DNA from: an uncultured Chthonomonadaceae bacterium
Lineage (GTDB): Bacteria; Armatimonadota; Chthonomonadetes; Chthonomonadales; Chthonomonadaceae
Assembly (NCBI GenBank): GCA_963817895.1
Contig: CAWFQB010000014.1
Location: forward strand, 704,001 to 768,000
Length of the DNA: 64,000 nt
Direction of reading: 5' to 3'
Positions 11,770 to 21,316 of this stretch are shown here, piece after piece (position 1 is the first letter of the stretch; each line of letters opens with the position of its first letter). The notes beneath the pieces are model-generated. The model was given only the letters and a program-made list of their open reading frames with translations, was not told the origin of the DNA and searched no databases. The translations under genes and the position numbers were made by a program.

Positions 11770-12564
11770 ATGTTAAAACACGAACAACAGCCGGAAGCAA
11801 CCGCCTTCACGATAAAGGGAGTGGATATCGCTTCACACACGCCCATTACGCCGCAGGAAATCGCGCAGGCGATTACAGCTGTGGAAGCGCGGAAGGAAGC
11901 CGAAGCGCAGAAACAGGCAGAAGCCGCTTCGTTGGCGAATACCATTCAGCATTTCGGCCTTGATGTCACCCCGGAGGAACTGCTTGCCGCTGTACAATCC
12001 CAAAGACAAGAGCGGATTAAGCAGCAGAAACTGCAACAGTTCAAAAAAGACGAGTTTCGAATTACTTCACTCGTCTTAACACTAGGTGTACTTTTCCTTT
12101 CAGGGTTATACTTTATCGTGTCACATTCACATGCTCACAGGAGGCTTGTGGCTCAAGCCGTCCAATCTAGCACTATAACCTCATCGCTGCTTCCCCTTGA
12201 TATAGTCGCCGAAGGGCAACCCGTTTACGTCACTTTCAGCGACATTGTTTCCCTTGCAAATGGCAAATCAGCGCAAGAGGTATTGACTGCGCCCACTGTT
12301 ACCTCAACGGCTTCCGGCGCGCGGCAGTGGACAATCCTGAAATTTCGCGGTCACTATTTTGTGCGCGGGTGGCGCTATCGTACCGATGGCGACTACAAAG
12401 AGTATGCTGACTGGCTCTCCTCCGTACCTCTCAACGAAGCTGCCGAAGAAACGGGTGAAACACCCGTAGAGCGCTTCAAGGTCATCAACAACCCGCCCTC
12501 CATTTCCGATGATAGCGCACAGCAGGGCGAGCAAATCAAATTGCCTGATCTCAACTCCAAATAA
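11770..12564 (+). CDS. Hypothetical single-pass membrane protein
   Basis: 264-aa ORF, TPQEIAQAITAVEARKE N-terminus, one TM helix. Confidence 0.75.
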   Translation: MLKHEQQPEATAFTIKGVDIASHTPITPQEIAQAITAVEARKEAEAQKQAEAASLANTIQHFGLDVTPEELLAAVQSQRQERIKQQKLQQFKKDEFRITSLVLTLGVLFLSGLYFIVSHSHAHRRLVAQAVQSSTITSSLLPLDIVAEGQPVYVTFSDIVSLANGKSAQEVLTAPTVTSTASGARQWTILKFRGHYFVRGWRYRTDGDYKEYADWLSSVPLNEAAEETGETPVERFKVINNPPSISDDSAQQGEQIKLPDLNSK

Positions 12565-12609
12565 TCTCCTCTACTGCCTGTACTATGCAAAAACCGGGTT
12601 TATGTCCGC

Positions 12610-12638
12610 TTGACAAAACCGCCCGTTTGCATCACAAT
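12610..12638 (+). promoter_or_regulatory. Sigma70-type promoter upstream of rpoZ
   Basis: TTGACA-17 nt-CACAAT. Confidence 0.6.
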
Positions 12639-12804
12639 GTAAGGTCAATCCGCGCTCGTATGCGCTTTTCCCACGAGTTCGTCAACAATGATTGTAGTAT
12701 GATAAAAGCAAGGCTGCCGAGTCGCGGCCTTGCTTTTGGCGAGATACGCTGATTTGAGCTTGTTCTGTTACGCGCAGCCAGGCGTTACCCGGAGAATTTA
12801 CAAC

Positions 12805-13289
12805 ATGAGCATTTATCCCTCCCCCGATAAACTCGACGCGCAGGAAAGCAAATACGCGCTCGTGATTCTGGCCGCCAAACGCGCCCGCCAGATCAAGGAC
12901 GGCGCGCGCGCCCTTGTTCCCAACCGCTCCACCAATCCGCTTACGGGCGCGTTGGAAGAGATTGCCGAAGGGGCTATAATTGCCCGCGTCGTAGAAGATT
13001 CCGCCGCCGCCGCGCAGAAAGCCGCGCTCCGGCCCACCACGCCAACGCTGGAAGACATCATTGCCGCCGGCCCGGTTATTTCTCTGGAACCCGATCCCGA
13101 CAGCCCCGCCGGTCAGATCGCCGCGCTCCGCGCCGCTGACTCTGATGACGACGATGAGATCTCGTGGAAGATGACCGCGACGACGTGCTGACGCCCGTAG
13201 ACGTGTTCGCGCAGGACGCCCCCGGCCTGATGAGCGAAATGGACGAAGAAGACGACCTGATTCCCTCCATTGAAGATGAGGACGAGTAG
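12805..13289 (+). CDS. rpoZ: RNA polymerase omega subunit with long acidic C-terminal extension; frameshift near 13160
   Basis: SKYALVILAAKRARQI and ALEEIAEG motifs; GGAG RBS; Asp/Glu-rich tail continues in a shifted frame to TAG at 13287-13289. Confidence 0.88.
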
Positions 13290-13299
13290 AGGAAGATAG

Positions 13300-13368
13300 G
13301 AGATACAAGATACGAGATACGAGGTAGTAGAACAGTTGCATTTACTCGTATCTCGTATCTTGTATCTC
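13300..13368. repeat. Perfect 24-bp inverted repeat built from GATACGA/GATACAA heptamers
   Basis: GAGATACAAGATACGAGATACGAG (13300-13323) and its reverse complement (13345-13368). Confidence 0.9.
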
Positions 13369-13383
13369 TTCCCTGGATTTCTC

Positions 13384-14865
13384 ATGCCAAAAATCGTAGG
13401 AATTGATCTCGGCACGACCAACTCGGTCATTGCTGTTATGGAGGGCGCGGAGCCGGTCGTGATTTCCCTTGCCGAAGGGACGCGGCTTTGCCCTTCTGTC
13501 GTCGGCTTCACCCGTACGGGGGAACGCTTGGTCGGGCCGCTTGCCAAACGGCAGGCATTGGCTGCGCCGGAACGCACTATTCGCAGCATCAAGCGTCACA
13601 TGGGTACGGATTACACGGTGGAAATTGACAATCGGCGCATTGACGCCGCAGGAGATTTCCGCCCTGATTTTGCAAAAACTAAAAGCGGACGCGGAAAGCT
13701 ATCTCGGCGAACCCGTTGAAAAGGCCGTGATTACGGTTCCCGCCTATTTTTCGGACGCGCAGCGGCAGGCCACCAAGGACGCGGGTACGATTGCCGGGCT
13801 GGACGTGGTTCGCATACTCAATGAGCCGACGGCTGCCGCGCTCGCATACGGAGCCAATCAAGAGGATGTGCAAAACGTTCTGGTGTGGGATTTGGGCGGC
13901 GGCACGTTCGACGTGTCCCTGCTGGAAGCGGGCGACGGCCTGTTCCATGTCCGCGCGACGAATGGCGATACCGAGTTAGGCGGCGACGATTGGGATTCGC
14001 GCCTGATGGAGTGGCTTGCCGATCAGTTCGCGAAGACGACAAGCCTCAATGTGCGCGGGGATCGCGCCGCCATGCAGCGATTGAAGGAAGCGGCGGAAAA
14101 AGCCAAAATTGAACTGAGCGCCCTGACGCAAACCAATATCAATCTGCCCTTTTTGTCGGTTGGCGCGGACGGCCCGCAGCATCTCGACATAGACCTTACG
14201 CGGGCGCAGATGGAAAAAATTTGCTCTGACCTGCTGGATCGCCTGATTGCGCCCTCCAAACAGGCGCTTGCCGACGCCAAAATGCAGGCCAGAGACATTG
14301 ACCGTATCCTGCTTGTCGGCGGTTCCACGCGAATGCCCGCCGTGCAGGAACTTGCGCGCCGAATGTTCGGTAAAGAACCCTACAAAGGCTTGAATCCCGA
14401 AGAGGCCATCGCGCTTGGCGCAGCCTTGCAGGGCGGCGTTCTGAATGAAGAGGTCACGGATTTACTGCTGCTGGACGTGACCCCGCTTTCGCTTGGCATC
14501 GAAACACTGGGCGGCGAAATCACGCACATCATCAGCCGCAACACTACCGTTCCCACGCAGAGCCGAAAAGTGTTTACAACCGCCAATGACGGGCAAACGA
14601 CGGTCGAGATCAAAGTGTATCAGGGCGAACACCGATTGGCGCGTTACAATAAGTTTCTCGCCAATTTTCAACTGACGGACATTCCCCGTTTGGGACGCGG
14701 CCTGCCCAAAATCGAAGTGGTCTTCGACATAGACGTGAACGGCATCGTCCACGTCACCGCCGTAGAACAAACTACGGGGCGACAGCAGCATATTCAGATC
14801 AACCATGCCATCGGCCTAGCGCGGAAGAGATCGCCCGGTTAAGTCAGGTCGTACAGCAGAAGTGA
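13384..14865 (+). CDS. dnaK: Hsp70/DnaK-family chaperone lacking the C-terminal lid; frameshifts near 13635 and 14820
   Basis: [45 protein letters not shown] and [11 protein letters not shown] motifs. Confidence 0.9.
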
Positions 14866-14972
14866 GGTTTTAGGGTTCTAGGGTTTTAGGGTTACAGGGT
14901 GTTGCTGGTATCAAACTCTACTTCCCTTTCTGAAATCCAGATTCCTTAAAACCCTAGAACCCTAAAACCCTA
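14866..14972. repeat. Inverted arrays of 9-mer GGGTTYTAG-type repeats between dnaK and dnaJ
   Basis: GGTTTTAGGGTTCTAGGGTTTTAGGG and the inverted AAACCCTAGAACCCTAAAACCCTA. Confidence 0.8.
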
Positions 14973-14988
14973 CGTTTTGAGGAGCAAC

Positions 14989-16131
14989 ATGGCGACGGAA
15001 TCGCGTGACTATTACGAAGTGCTGGGAGTATCTCGCAGCGCCAGCCCGGAAGAGCTGAAGCGCGCCTACCGCAACCTTGCCAAAAAGTTCCACCCGGACA
15101 TCAACAAGGCCCCGGATGCGGCGGAAAAGTTCAAGGAGATACAGTCCGCATACGACGTGTTAAGCGACGAGGGCAAGCGCCGCCAGTTTGACCGCTTTGG
15201 CGTGGAGGGCTTGAACGGCGCGAGTGGCGGTGGCTTCGGCGGCGACTTTGGCGGCGGGGGCGCGGCTCCGTTCGGCGACATTTTTGATATTCTGTTCAAT
15301 CAGGCGGGGGGCGGGGCTACCAACCGTCCGGCGGAACCGGCGCGGGGCGACAACCTGCGCGAAGATCTGGAATTGTCGCTGGAAGAGGTGGCGACCGGCG
15401 TTGAAAAAACCATCAAGTACGCCCGCATGGAAACCTGCGAAACCTGTCACGGCGAGGGAGCGAAACCCGGAACCACGACGGAAACCTGCCCGCAGTGTCA
15501 CGGTCAGGGCCAGATACGCTTTTCGCAAAACACCCTGCTCGGCACGTTTCATACCAGCCAGCCGTGCAACAAATGCCGGGGAACGGGCAAAGTGATCCCC
15601 TCCCCCTGCCAGACGTGCAGCGGGGCCGGACGGGTCCGCAAAACAACGGAACGGACGCTGAAAATACCCGCAGGTATCGAATCGGGCAAGCATCTGCGCG
15701 TTGTGGGCATGGGCGATGTGGGCGAACGCGACGGACGCGCGGGCGATCTGTACGTGGTCATTTATGTGCGCGATCATGAGGTTTTCGAGCGGCAGGGTAA
15801 CGATATTTACTGCGAAATCAAGATTTCCATCGCGCGCGCCGCATTGGGCGGCCCTATCGAAATCCCTGTTCTCGGCGGCAAAGATGAATTGAAGCTGAAT
15901 GAGGGTACACAGCCCGCGCAGGTGTATACCCTGCGCGGCAAGGGGCTGCCCGATATGAACGGCAGGGGCAAGGGCGACCAACACATCGTCGTCAAGGTGG
16001 AAGTGCCAACCCGTCTTACCGGCGAACAGCGCGAACTCCTGCGCCAGTTCGCCGCCACAACCGGCGAAAAACTAAACGAACATAAACACGACGGCCCGAA
16101 CATACTGGGCCGTATTTTAGGAAAACATTAA
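14989..16131 (+). CDS. dnaJ: Chaperone DnaJ
   Basis: J-domain HPD, G/F-rich region, four CxxCxGxG repeats. Confidence 0.97.
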   Translation: MATESRDYYEVLGVSRSASPEELKRAYRNLAKKFHPDINKAPDAAEKFKEIQSAYDVLSDEGKRRQFDRFGVEGLNGASGGGFGGDFGGGGAAPFGDIFDILFNQAGGGATNRPAEPARGDNLREDLELSLEEVATGVEKTIKYARMETCETCHGEGAKPGTTTETCPQCHGQGQIRFSQNTLLGTFHTSQPCNKCRGTGKVIPSPCQTCSGAGRVRKTTERTLKIPAGIESGKHLRVVGMGDVGERDGRAGDLYVVIYVRDHEVFERQGNDIYCEIKISIARAALGGPIEIPVLGGKDELKLNEGTQPAQVYTLRGKGLPDMNGRGKGDQHIVVKVEVPTRLTGEQRELLRQFAATTGEKLNEHKHDGPNILGRILGKH

Positions 16132-17006
16132 TGCGTTGGGCGCAAATGACGGTGCAGTGCGCGCCGGAAGCGACGGAAGCGGTCAGTTACGCTTTTTTGC
16201 AGGCGGGCTGTGGCGGCGTGATGATGCGCGGGAGCGATCCGGTTTCCGTGCAGGGCAGCCTCCCCGTTTCGGATGAACTGTCCGCCCGATTGACGGATTT
16301 GAAGGCGCATCTGGAGCGTTTGCCGGAATTCGGCTTGCCGCCGCTTGTGGACGGCCTGACCATTCAGTACGCGGAAGACGAGGATTGGGCCAACGCCTGG
16401 AAGCAGTATTTCAAGCCGTCCAGAGTAGGCGAACGGCTTGTCATTGTGCCGTCGTGGGAAGACTACGCGCCCGAAGCCACAGACCTCATCCTCAAACTAG
16501 ATCCCGGCATGGCGTTCGGCACGGGCGGGCATCCCACCACGCGCCTGTGCATGGAGGTTCTGGAAACAACCGTTACGGCAGGCATGAGAGTGGCAGATGT
16601 GGGAACGGGCAGCGGCATCCTTGCCATTGCCGCCGCCCGATTGGGCGCAGAACAGGTTTGGGCAACCGACATTGACCCGCTCGCCTGCCGGATTGCTGCG
16701 GAGAATGTCGCCATCAATGAACTGGCGGATACAGTTCATGTTCTGGATTTGCCCGCGTGGGACAGGCAGGCGCAGGATTGCGATTTGATTGTCGCCAACA
16801 TCTTAGCGGGAACCATCATTGAACTCGCGCCCGGTCTCGCGCCGCGCTTGAAGCCCAACGGCATTTTCATCGCGTCCGGCATTGTGGAAGAGTATCGCGC
16901 GGATGTTGTGAACGCGCTTGCCGCTGTCGGGCTGCGCCACGTTTCCACGCGCAATGAGGATATATGGGTCTGCCTTGTAGCTGAAATGGGGTCAGGCTCG
17001 GAATAG
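16131..17006 (+). CDS. prmA: Ribosomal protein L11 methyltransferase
   Basis: DPGMAFGTGGHPTT, DVGTGSGILAI and VANIL motifs; lies after dnaJ. Confidence 0.95.
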   Translation: MRWAQMTVQCAPEATEAVSYAFLQAGCGGVMMRGSDPVSVQGSLPVSDELSARLTDLKAHLERLPEFGLPPLVDGLTIQYAEDEDWANAWKQYFKPSRVGERLVIVPSWEDYAPEATDLILKLDPGMAFGTGGHPTTRLCMEVLETTVTAGMRVADVGTGSGILAIAAARLGAEQVWATDIDPLACRIAAENVAINELADTVHVLDLPAWDRQAQDCDLIVANILAGTIIELAPGLAPRLKPNGIFIASGIVEEYRADVVNALAAVGLRHVSTRNEDIWVCLVAEMGSGSE

Positions 17007-17019
17007 AGGATTGCCGGGG

Positions 17020-18045
17020 ATGATCCTGTATGAGTATGTGGAAGACACGCTTGACTGGCTGACCGCTGTTGGCGGCGGAACCGGACGCGAAAACGCGCCT
17101 CGCGCCCTACGCGCCGCCATTCGCCATCTCGACAGCCCGCTTCCCGCCCGCCGCTCTCATGCCGAAGCGCAATTACGCCGCGCGCCCCTGCGCCATGCGA
17201 CTCCCCTGCTTCACCGCGCCGCCCGTTCTCGTGTTCCGCTGCGCGCCGTCCGCGCCGCCGTGCTGCTGTCGCAAATGGGCGATCAGGCGGGCAATGAACT
17301 GCTGCACCACCTTGTTTCCGAACCTCTATTTCGGGAGGGGCAGGAGCGCGAAAGCCTGCGCCATGCCGCCCGCTTGCTTCTTGCGCCCGAAACCTATATT
17401 CGTCAGGCCACAGCCGCGCTTGCGCAGGTGGAGCAGCGCGCGGACAGTTGCCGCGCTATCGCCCGCTTTCGGCAGGCGACGGAAATCCTGCGGTTTTTAC
17501 ATGCGCCCCTTCCGTTTCAACTTCTGGATCGCGCGCTTGTCACGCGCGCGGTTGGCGGCGAGAACCTGAGTCTGGCGCGGCAGGTCTTGCGCGGATCGCA
17601 GGGCGTGGATGTGGAACATGTTTGCCTTGTCCGTATGCAGGCCGTTCTGATGCTCCTTCAGGCGCAGGATCACTCGTCTGCCCTGCGGAAGTTGATGCAA
17701 ACGGTCACGTATCCCAATCCTGCCGTGCAGATTACCGCTCTGTATGGTTTGGAGATACTGCGCGATACCCGCGCCATTAATGCGCTGTTGCCCATCGCGC
17801 AGGACGAGCGCAGTCCCATACGGGAGGATGCGCGGGAACTGGTTGCGCTGCTCGGCACAAAGGGTTCCGGCGCGCTGACCCTGCTGCGCGCGTCGGGGCG
17901 TCACGAGGACGCGACTGATGAGTTGTTGCGTCCCCTGCGCCCCCGTAACGATGAGCCGCAAACCCTGATGCGCTCGATTTCCCCACCCTCCTTTATCGGC
18001 AATGAGCAAATCGCGCAGGAGATTGATAGCCGCGCAGGTGAATAG
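17020..18045 (+). CDS. HEAT/PBS-lyase-like helical repeat protein
   Basis: Ala/Leu/Arg-rich helical repeats, PNPAVQITALYGL; paralogous to the next gene. Confidence 0.65.
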   Translation: MILYEYVEDTLDWLTAVGGGTGRENAPRALRAAIRHLDSPLPARRSHAEAQLRRAPLRHATPLLHRAARSRVPLRAVRAAVLLSQMGDQAGNELLHHLVSEPLFREGQERESLRHAARLLLAPETYIRQATAALAQVEQRADSCRAIARFRQATEILRFLHAPLPFQLLDRALVTRAVGGENLSLARQVLRGSQGVDVEHVCLVRMQAVLMLLQAQDHSSALRKLMQTVTYPNPAVQITALYGLEILRDTRAINALLPIAQDERSPIREDARELVALLGTKGSGALTLLRASGRHEDATDELLRPLRPRNDEPQTLMRSISPPSFIGNEQIAQEIDSRAGE

Positions 18046-18051
18046 TCCCTC

Positions 18052-19012
18052 ATGTTATCCCAACCCATCGGCAGGCTTTACGCCCGTTATGCAATTTACC
18101 GCGCCATTCGCCTCCTGAACGATCCTCGCCCGGACGTTCGCAAAGCGGCGGCGGTTCAGCTGCGGGGCGCGCAATCCCTGAGCGTGAAACCGCTGCGGCA
18201 GGTGGCGTTTCGGCAGCGTTCCCTGCTTGCCGTCCACGCGGCGGAACTGCTGGTGGAAATGGAGGACGCGCAGGGGTTGTACGCCCTGCTCGCGCAATAC
18301 TCCGACCGCTATTTATCCGTCTGGTACGGGCAGCATCTGCGCCTGATTCTGGCGCGAGTCGGCAGCGAGCGCATTTTGCGCGTTCTGGAAGCCGCCTTAG
18401 ATTGGATGGAAACTTCTCCCCTGTTGCGCGAACACTGGTGCCTGTCGCTGTCGGTTTATTCCCTTCACGCGCTGGAAGCCCTCCGCGCCCCTGTTCCCAT
18501 TGCGCTGTGGCGGCGCGCGCTGGCCGCGTACGCGCCCGGTTTCGAAGACCTGCGCGTATGCAGAACCGTTGTCACAACGCAGGATAACGTGGGCGGCACT
18601 GCCTCCACCTTCGACGATAACTGGCGGGTCGGTTCCACGCTGGCCGCCGTGCGCCGCGTGGCTGTGGATGCCCTGCTCACGCTGGATCGCGCGCGCGCTT
18701 TCGACCTGCTGCGCGACGCCCTTGCCCACCCTTCACCGGAAGTTCAGATTACCGCGATGTACGGCATGGCGCATCTTCAAGATCTCCCGAGCCTACGTGC
18801 TGCTACAACCCATTGCCGCCGACCGCCGCCATCCCCTATCCAAAGACGCCCGCCGCGTGATCGAGTCGTTCGGTTCGCGTCAGCCCGACGCCCTGACCCT
18901 CGTTCGCGCTGCGGTTCCACAAGAAGCCGCGCCCGATGAACTGCTGCGCCCCTCCGTACCGCTTGAAGACGCCGACCCCGACACGCTGTTAAGAGTTGTC
19001 GGCAGCCCGTAA
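18052..19012 (+). CDS. HEAT/PBS-lyase-like helical repeat protein; frameshift near 18790
   Basis: LNDPRPDVRKAAA, HPSPEVQITAMYGM; C-terminus in a shifted frame matches the upstream paralog. Confidence 0.65.
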
Positions 19013-19024
19013 AAGGAGATTTAT

Positions 19025-19843
19025 TTGTCTGAATTGCCCTACCATTTGTGCGCGGTTGATATGGACGATACGCTGCTCGATCCAAACCATGAGATTACGC
19101 CTGTAAGCGCCGTCGCCGTGCAGAAAGTTCGGGATTTGGGAGTTACCGTTGTCGTGGCGTCGGGGAGGATGCATGCCGCTACACGACGCTATACGCGGCA
19201 ACTGAATCTGGATACGCCCGTAATCTCCTATAACGGCGCAATGGTGAAGAACGCGGCAACCGGGGAGGTGTGGCTGGAAGAGCATGTCAGCGCGGAACTG
19301 GCCGCCACAATTCGGCAATACGCGCGGGAAAACAACCTGCAACTGAACTACTACCTGCATGATATGCTGTATTCCGCCGCGCAAACGCAGTGGCTGGACT
19401 TGTATCAGGGGCGCACGGGCGCGCCCATTGAGATACTGCCCGATTTTGAGGAGAAACTGCGCGGCACGACGCCTACCAAACTGGTCTTTGTGGATTCGCC
19501 GGAGCGTATTGCCGGATTGCTTAAACCGATGCAGGAGCGGTTCGGAAAGCAGGCGTATGTCACGCGCAGCAACGACGAGTATCTGGAATTCATGCCGCCC
19601 GATGCCGACAAAGGCAAGGCGCTGGCATTAGTCGCCGCAAAGTTAAACATACCCGCCGCGCAAATCATCGCCTTTGGAGATAGCTGGAACGATATTCCCA
19701 TGCTGAAATGGGCCGGACATAGCTGCGCCATGTCCAACGCCAAGCCCGAAGTATGCAGCGTTGCCACTGAAGTTATTGGCAGCAACGCGGAAGATGGCGT
19801 AGCCCACGCATTGGCGAATATTTACGGCTTTACGCTTGACTAA
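19025..19843 (+). CDS. Cof-type HAD-IIB hydrolase
   Basis: DMDDTLL, ASGR, YNGA and AFGDSWNDIPML motifs. Confidence 0.93.
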   Translation: MSELPYHLCAVDMDDTLLDPNHEITPVSAVAVQKVRDLGVTVVVASGRMHAATRRYTRQLNLDTPVISYNGAMVKNAATGEVWLEEHVSAELAATIRQYARENNLQLNYYLHDMLYSAAQTQWLDLYQGRTGAPIEILPDFEEKLRGTTPTKLVFVDSPERIAGLLKPMQERFGKQAYVTRSNDEYLEFMPPDADKGKALALVAAKLNIPAAQIIAFGDSWNDIPMLKWAGHSCAMSNAKPEVCSVATEVIGSNAEDGVAHALANIYGFTLD

Positions 19844-19855
19844 GAGCCTATACTG

Positions 19856-19909
19856 AGTAGCCCTCAACCCCTGACCCCTTCTCCCAAAAAGGCTTGGGAG
19901 AAGGGGAAC
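19856..19909. repeat. Palindromic CCCTCAACCCC...GGGAGAAGGGG REP-like repeat, copy 1
   Basis: Near-identical 54-bp copy at 60877-60930; related inverted copy near 45158-45199. Confidence 0.85.
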
Positions 19910-19953
19910 CTATTGGCATAGACTGATTTAAACGCCTTGCAGGAGAAAATTTT

Positions 19954-20784
19954 ATGTCACTCTTGAAACCGCTCGACGGCAGTAAGAAGGTTCAGCTTTC
20001 CAAAATTGACCCGTCCGATACGGGCAAGATGAATCATGACGACGCAAGGAAGCAGGAGGACGATCTGAAGACGGAGTTGGCAGAACTGCAAACGCTGCTG
20101 TACGCCGCGCAGCAAACGCCCCTGCTGATTGTGCTACAGGGCATGGATACGGCGGGTAAAGATGGCGCGATTCGCGGATTGTCCGGCGCGATGAATCCGC
20201 AAAGCTGCCGGGTCGCCACCTTCAAAGTGCCGACGCCTGCCGAGGCCTCTCACGATTTTCTCTGGCGCGTCCATGCCGAAACACCCGGCAAAGGCAACGT
20301 CACTATTTTCAACCGTTCGCACTATGAGGATGTGCTGGTCGTTCGCGTCCACAATCTGATTCCCAAAGCGGATTGGGAAAAGCGGTACGACCATATCAAC
20401 AACTTCGAGCGCCTGCTGACGGATTCGGGTACGATTGTGCGTAAATTCTTCCTGCACATCAGCAAGGACGAGCAGGAACAGCGGCTCCTGGCGCGGGAAC
20501 AGGACCCCACAAAATCGTGGAAGTTGTCGCCACAGGACTGGAAAGAGCGAGAACTGTGGGACGACTATCAGACCGCCTATGAGGACGCGCTCAACCGCTG
20601 CGCCACGCCCGACGCGCCCTGGTATATTGTTCCCGCCGACCACAAATGGTTCCGCGACATCGCCATTGCTCAAACGCTGGTAGATACGCTCAAGCCCCTG
20701 CGCAACGATTGGATGCAACTGCTGAAATCGAGAGGCGCGGAAGAACTGAAACAACTCCGCGCCATGCGCCAGCAGCACTCATAG
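19954..20784 (+). CDS. ppk2: Polyphosphate kinase 2 family protein
   Basis: QGMDTAGKDG Walker A, HDFLWR, FNRSHYEDVL and APWYIVPADHKW motifs. Confidence 0.94.
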   Translation: MSLLKPLDGSKKVQLSKIDPSDTGKMNHDDARKQEDDLKTELAELQTLLYAAQQTPLLIVLQGMDTAGKDGAIRGLSGAMNPQSCRVATFKVPTPAEASHDFLWRVHAETPGKGNVTIFNRSHYEDVLVVRVHNLIPKADWEKRYDHINNFERLLTDSGTIVRKFFLHISKDEQEQRLLAREQDPTKSWKLSPQDWKERELWDDYQTAYEDALNRCATPDAPWYIVPADHKWFRDIAIAQTLVDTLKPLRNDWMQLLKSRGAEELKQLRAMRQQHS

Positions 20785-21231
20785 GCTGTCCTGTAACAAC
20801 TGTATCGTTTGCAGCGCGTCGGGGCGGGGAACCTGACGGATTTCAAAGCCGTCCGCAAAATAGATCGCGCGGCTGTCATGCAGATGGAAGTTTGCCCACT
20901 GCGCGGCGGACAGGCCGAAATGATCCTGTATGTGGACGTTCGCGCCATGCGCCAACAAGAGGCGAACCACATTCGGGCGCGCGTTTCGGGCCGCCGCCAT
21001 CAGGGGCGTATCGCCGAACCGATCCTGCGCGTTGATGTTCGCGCCCCTGCCAAGCCAGTACGCCGCTTCCTGCGCCTGCCCCTCGTCGGCAGCCTGCGCC
21101 AAACGCGCGCTCACATAGGCCACGCAGCAGGCGCGTTCAACCGTCTGCCCCGCAAAACCTCCTGCCGCAAACGCGAACATCGCCAGAGCGGTTCGCAGCG
21201 GCAGCGACATTTTAATGCCAATTGTTACCAT
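20779..21231 (-). CDS. Small ankyrin-repeat protein with N-terminal hydrophobic segment
   Basis: GANINAQDRFGDTPLMAAA...VVRLLLAHGANV. Confidence 0.85.
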   Translation of the reverse strand: MVTIGIKMSLPLRTALAMFAFAAGGFAGQTVERACCVAYVSARLAQAADEGQAQEAAYWLGRGANINAQDRFGDTPLMAAARNARPNVVRLLLAHGANVHIQDHFGLSAAQWANFHLHDSRAIYFADGFEIRQVPRPDALQTIQLLQDSL

Positions 21232-21316
21232 AGCGCTTTGTTCTCCATAAAGGGGTATTGCTCATGCCCGAACAGGCGCATTTCGGAGACGCGCCTGGGA
21301 TACTGGCGAAAAGTAG

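Noticed and set aside
14866..14972. Telomere-like TTTAGGG repeats suggesting eukaryotic contamination
   Set aside because: The units are 9-mers in an inverted pair inside a bacterial operon, matching other local repeat hairpins.
20779..21231. Ankyrin protein as a third component of the dGTPase-NTase cassette
   Set aside because: It is co-oriented but separated by about 85 nt and has host-like GC-rich composition. Not excluded, but unsupported without neighbourhood data.
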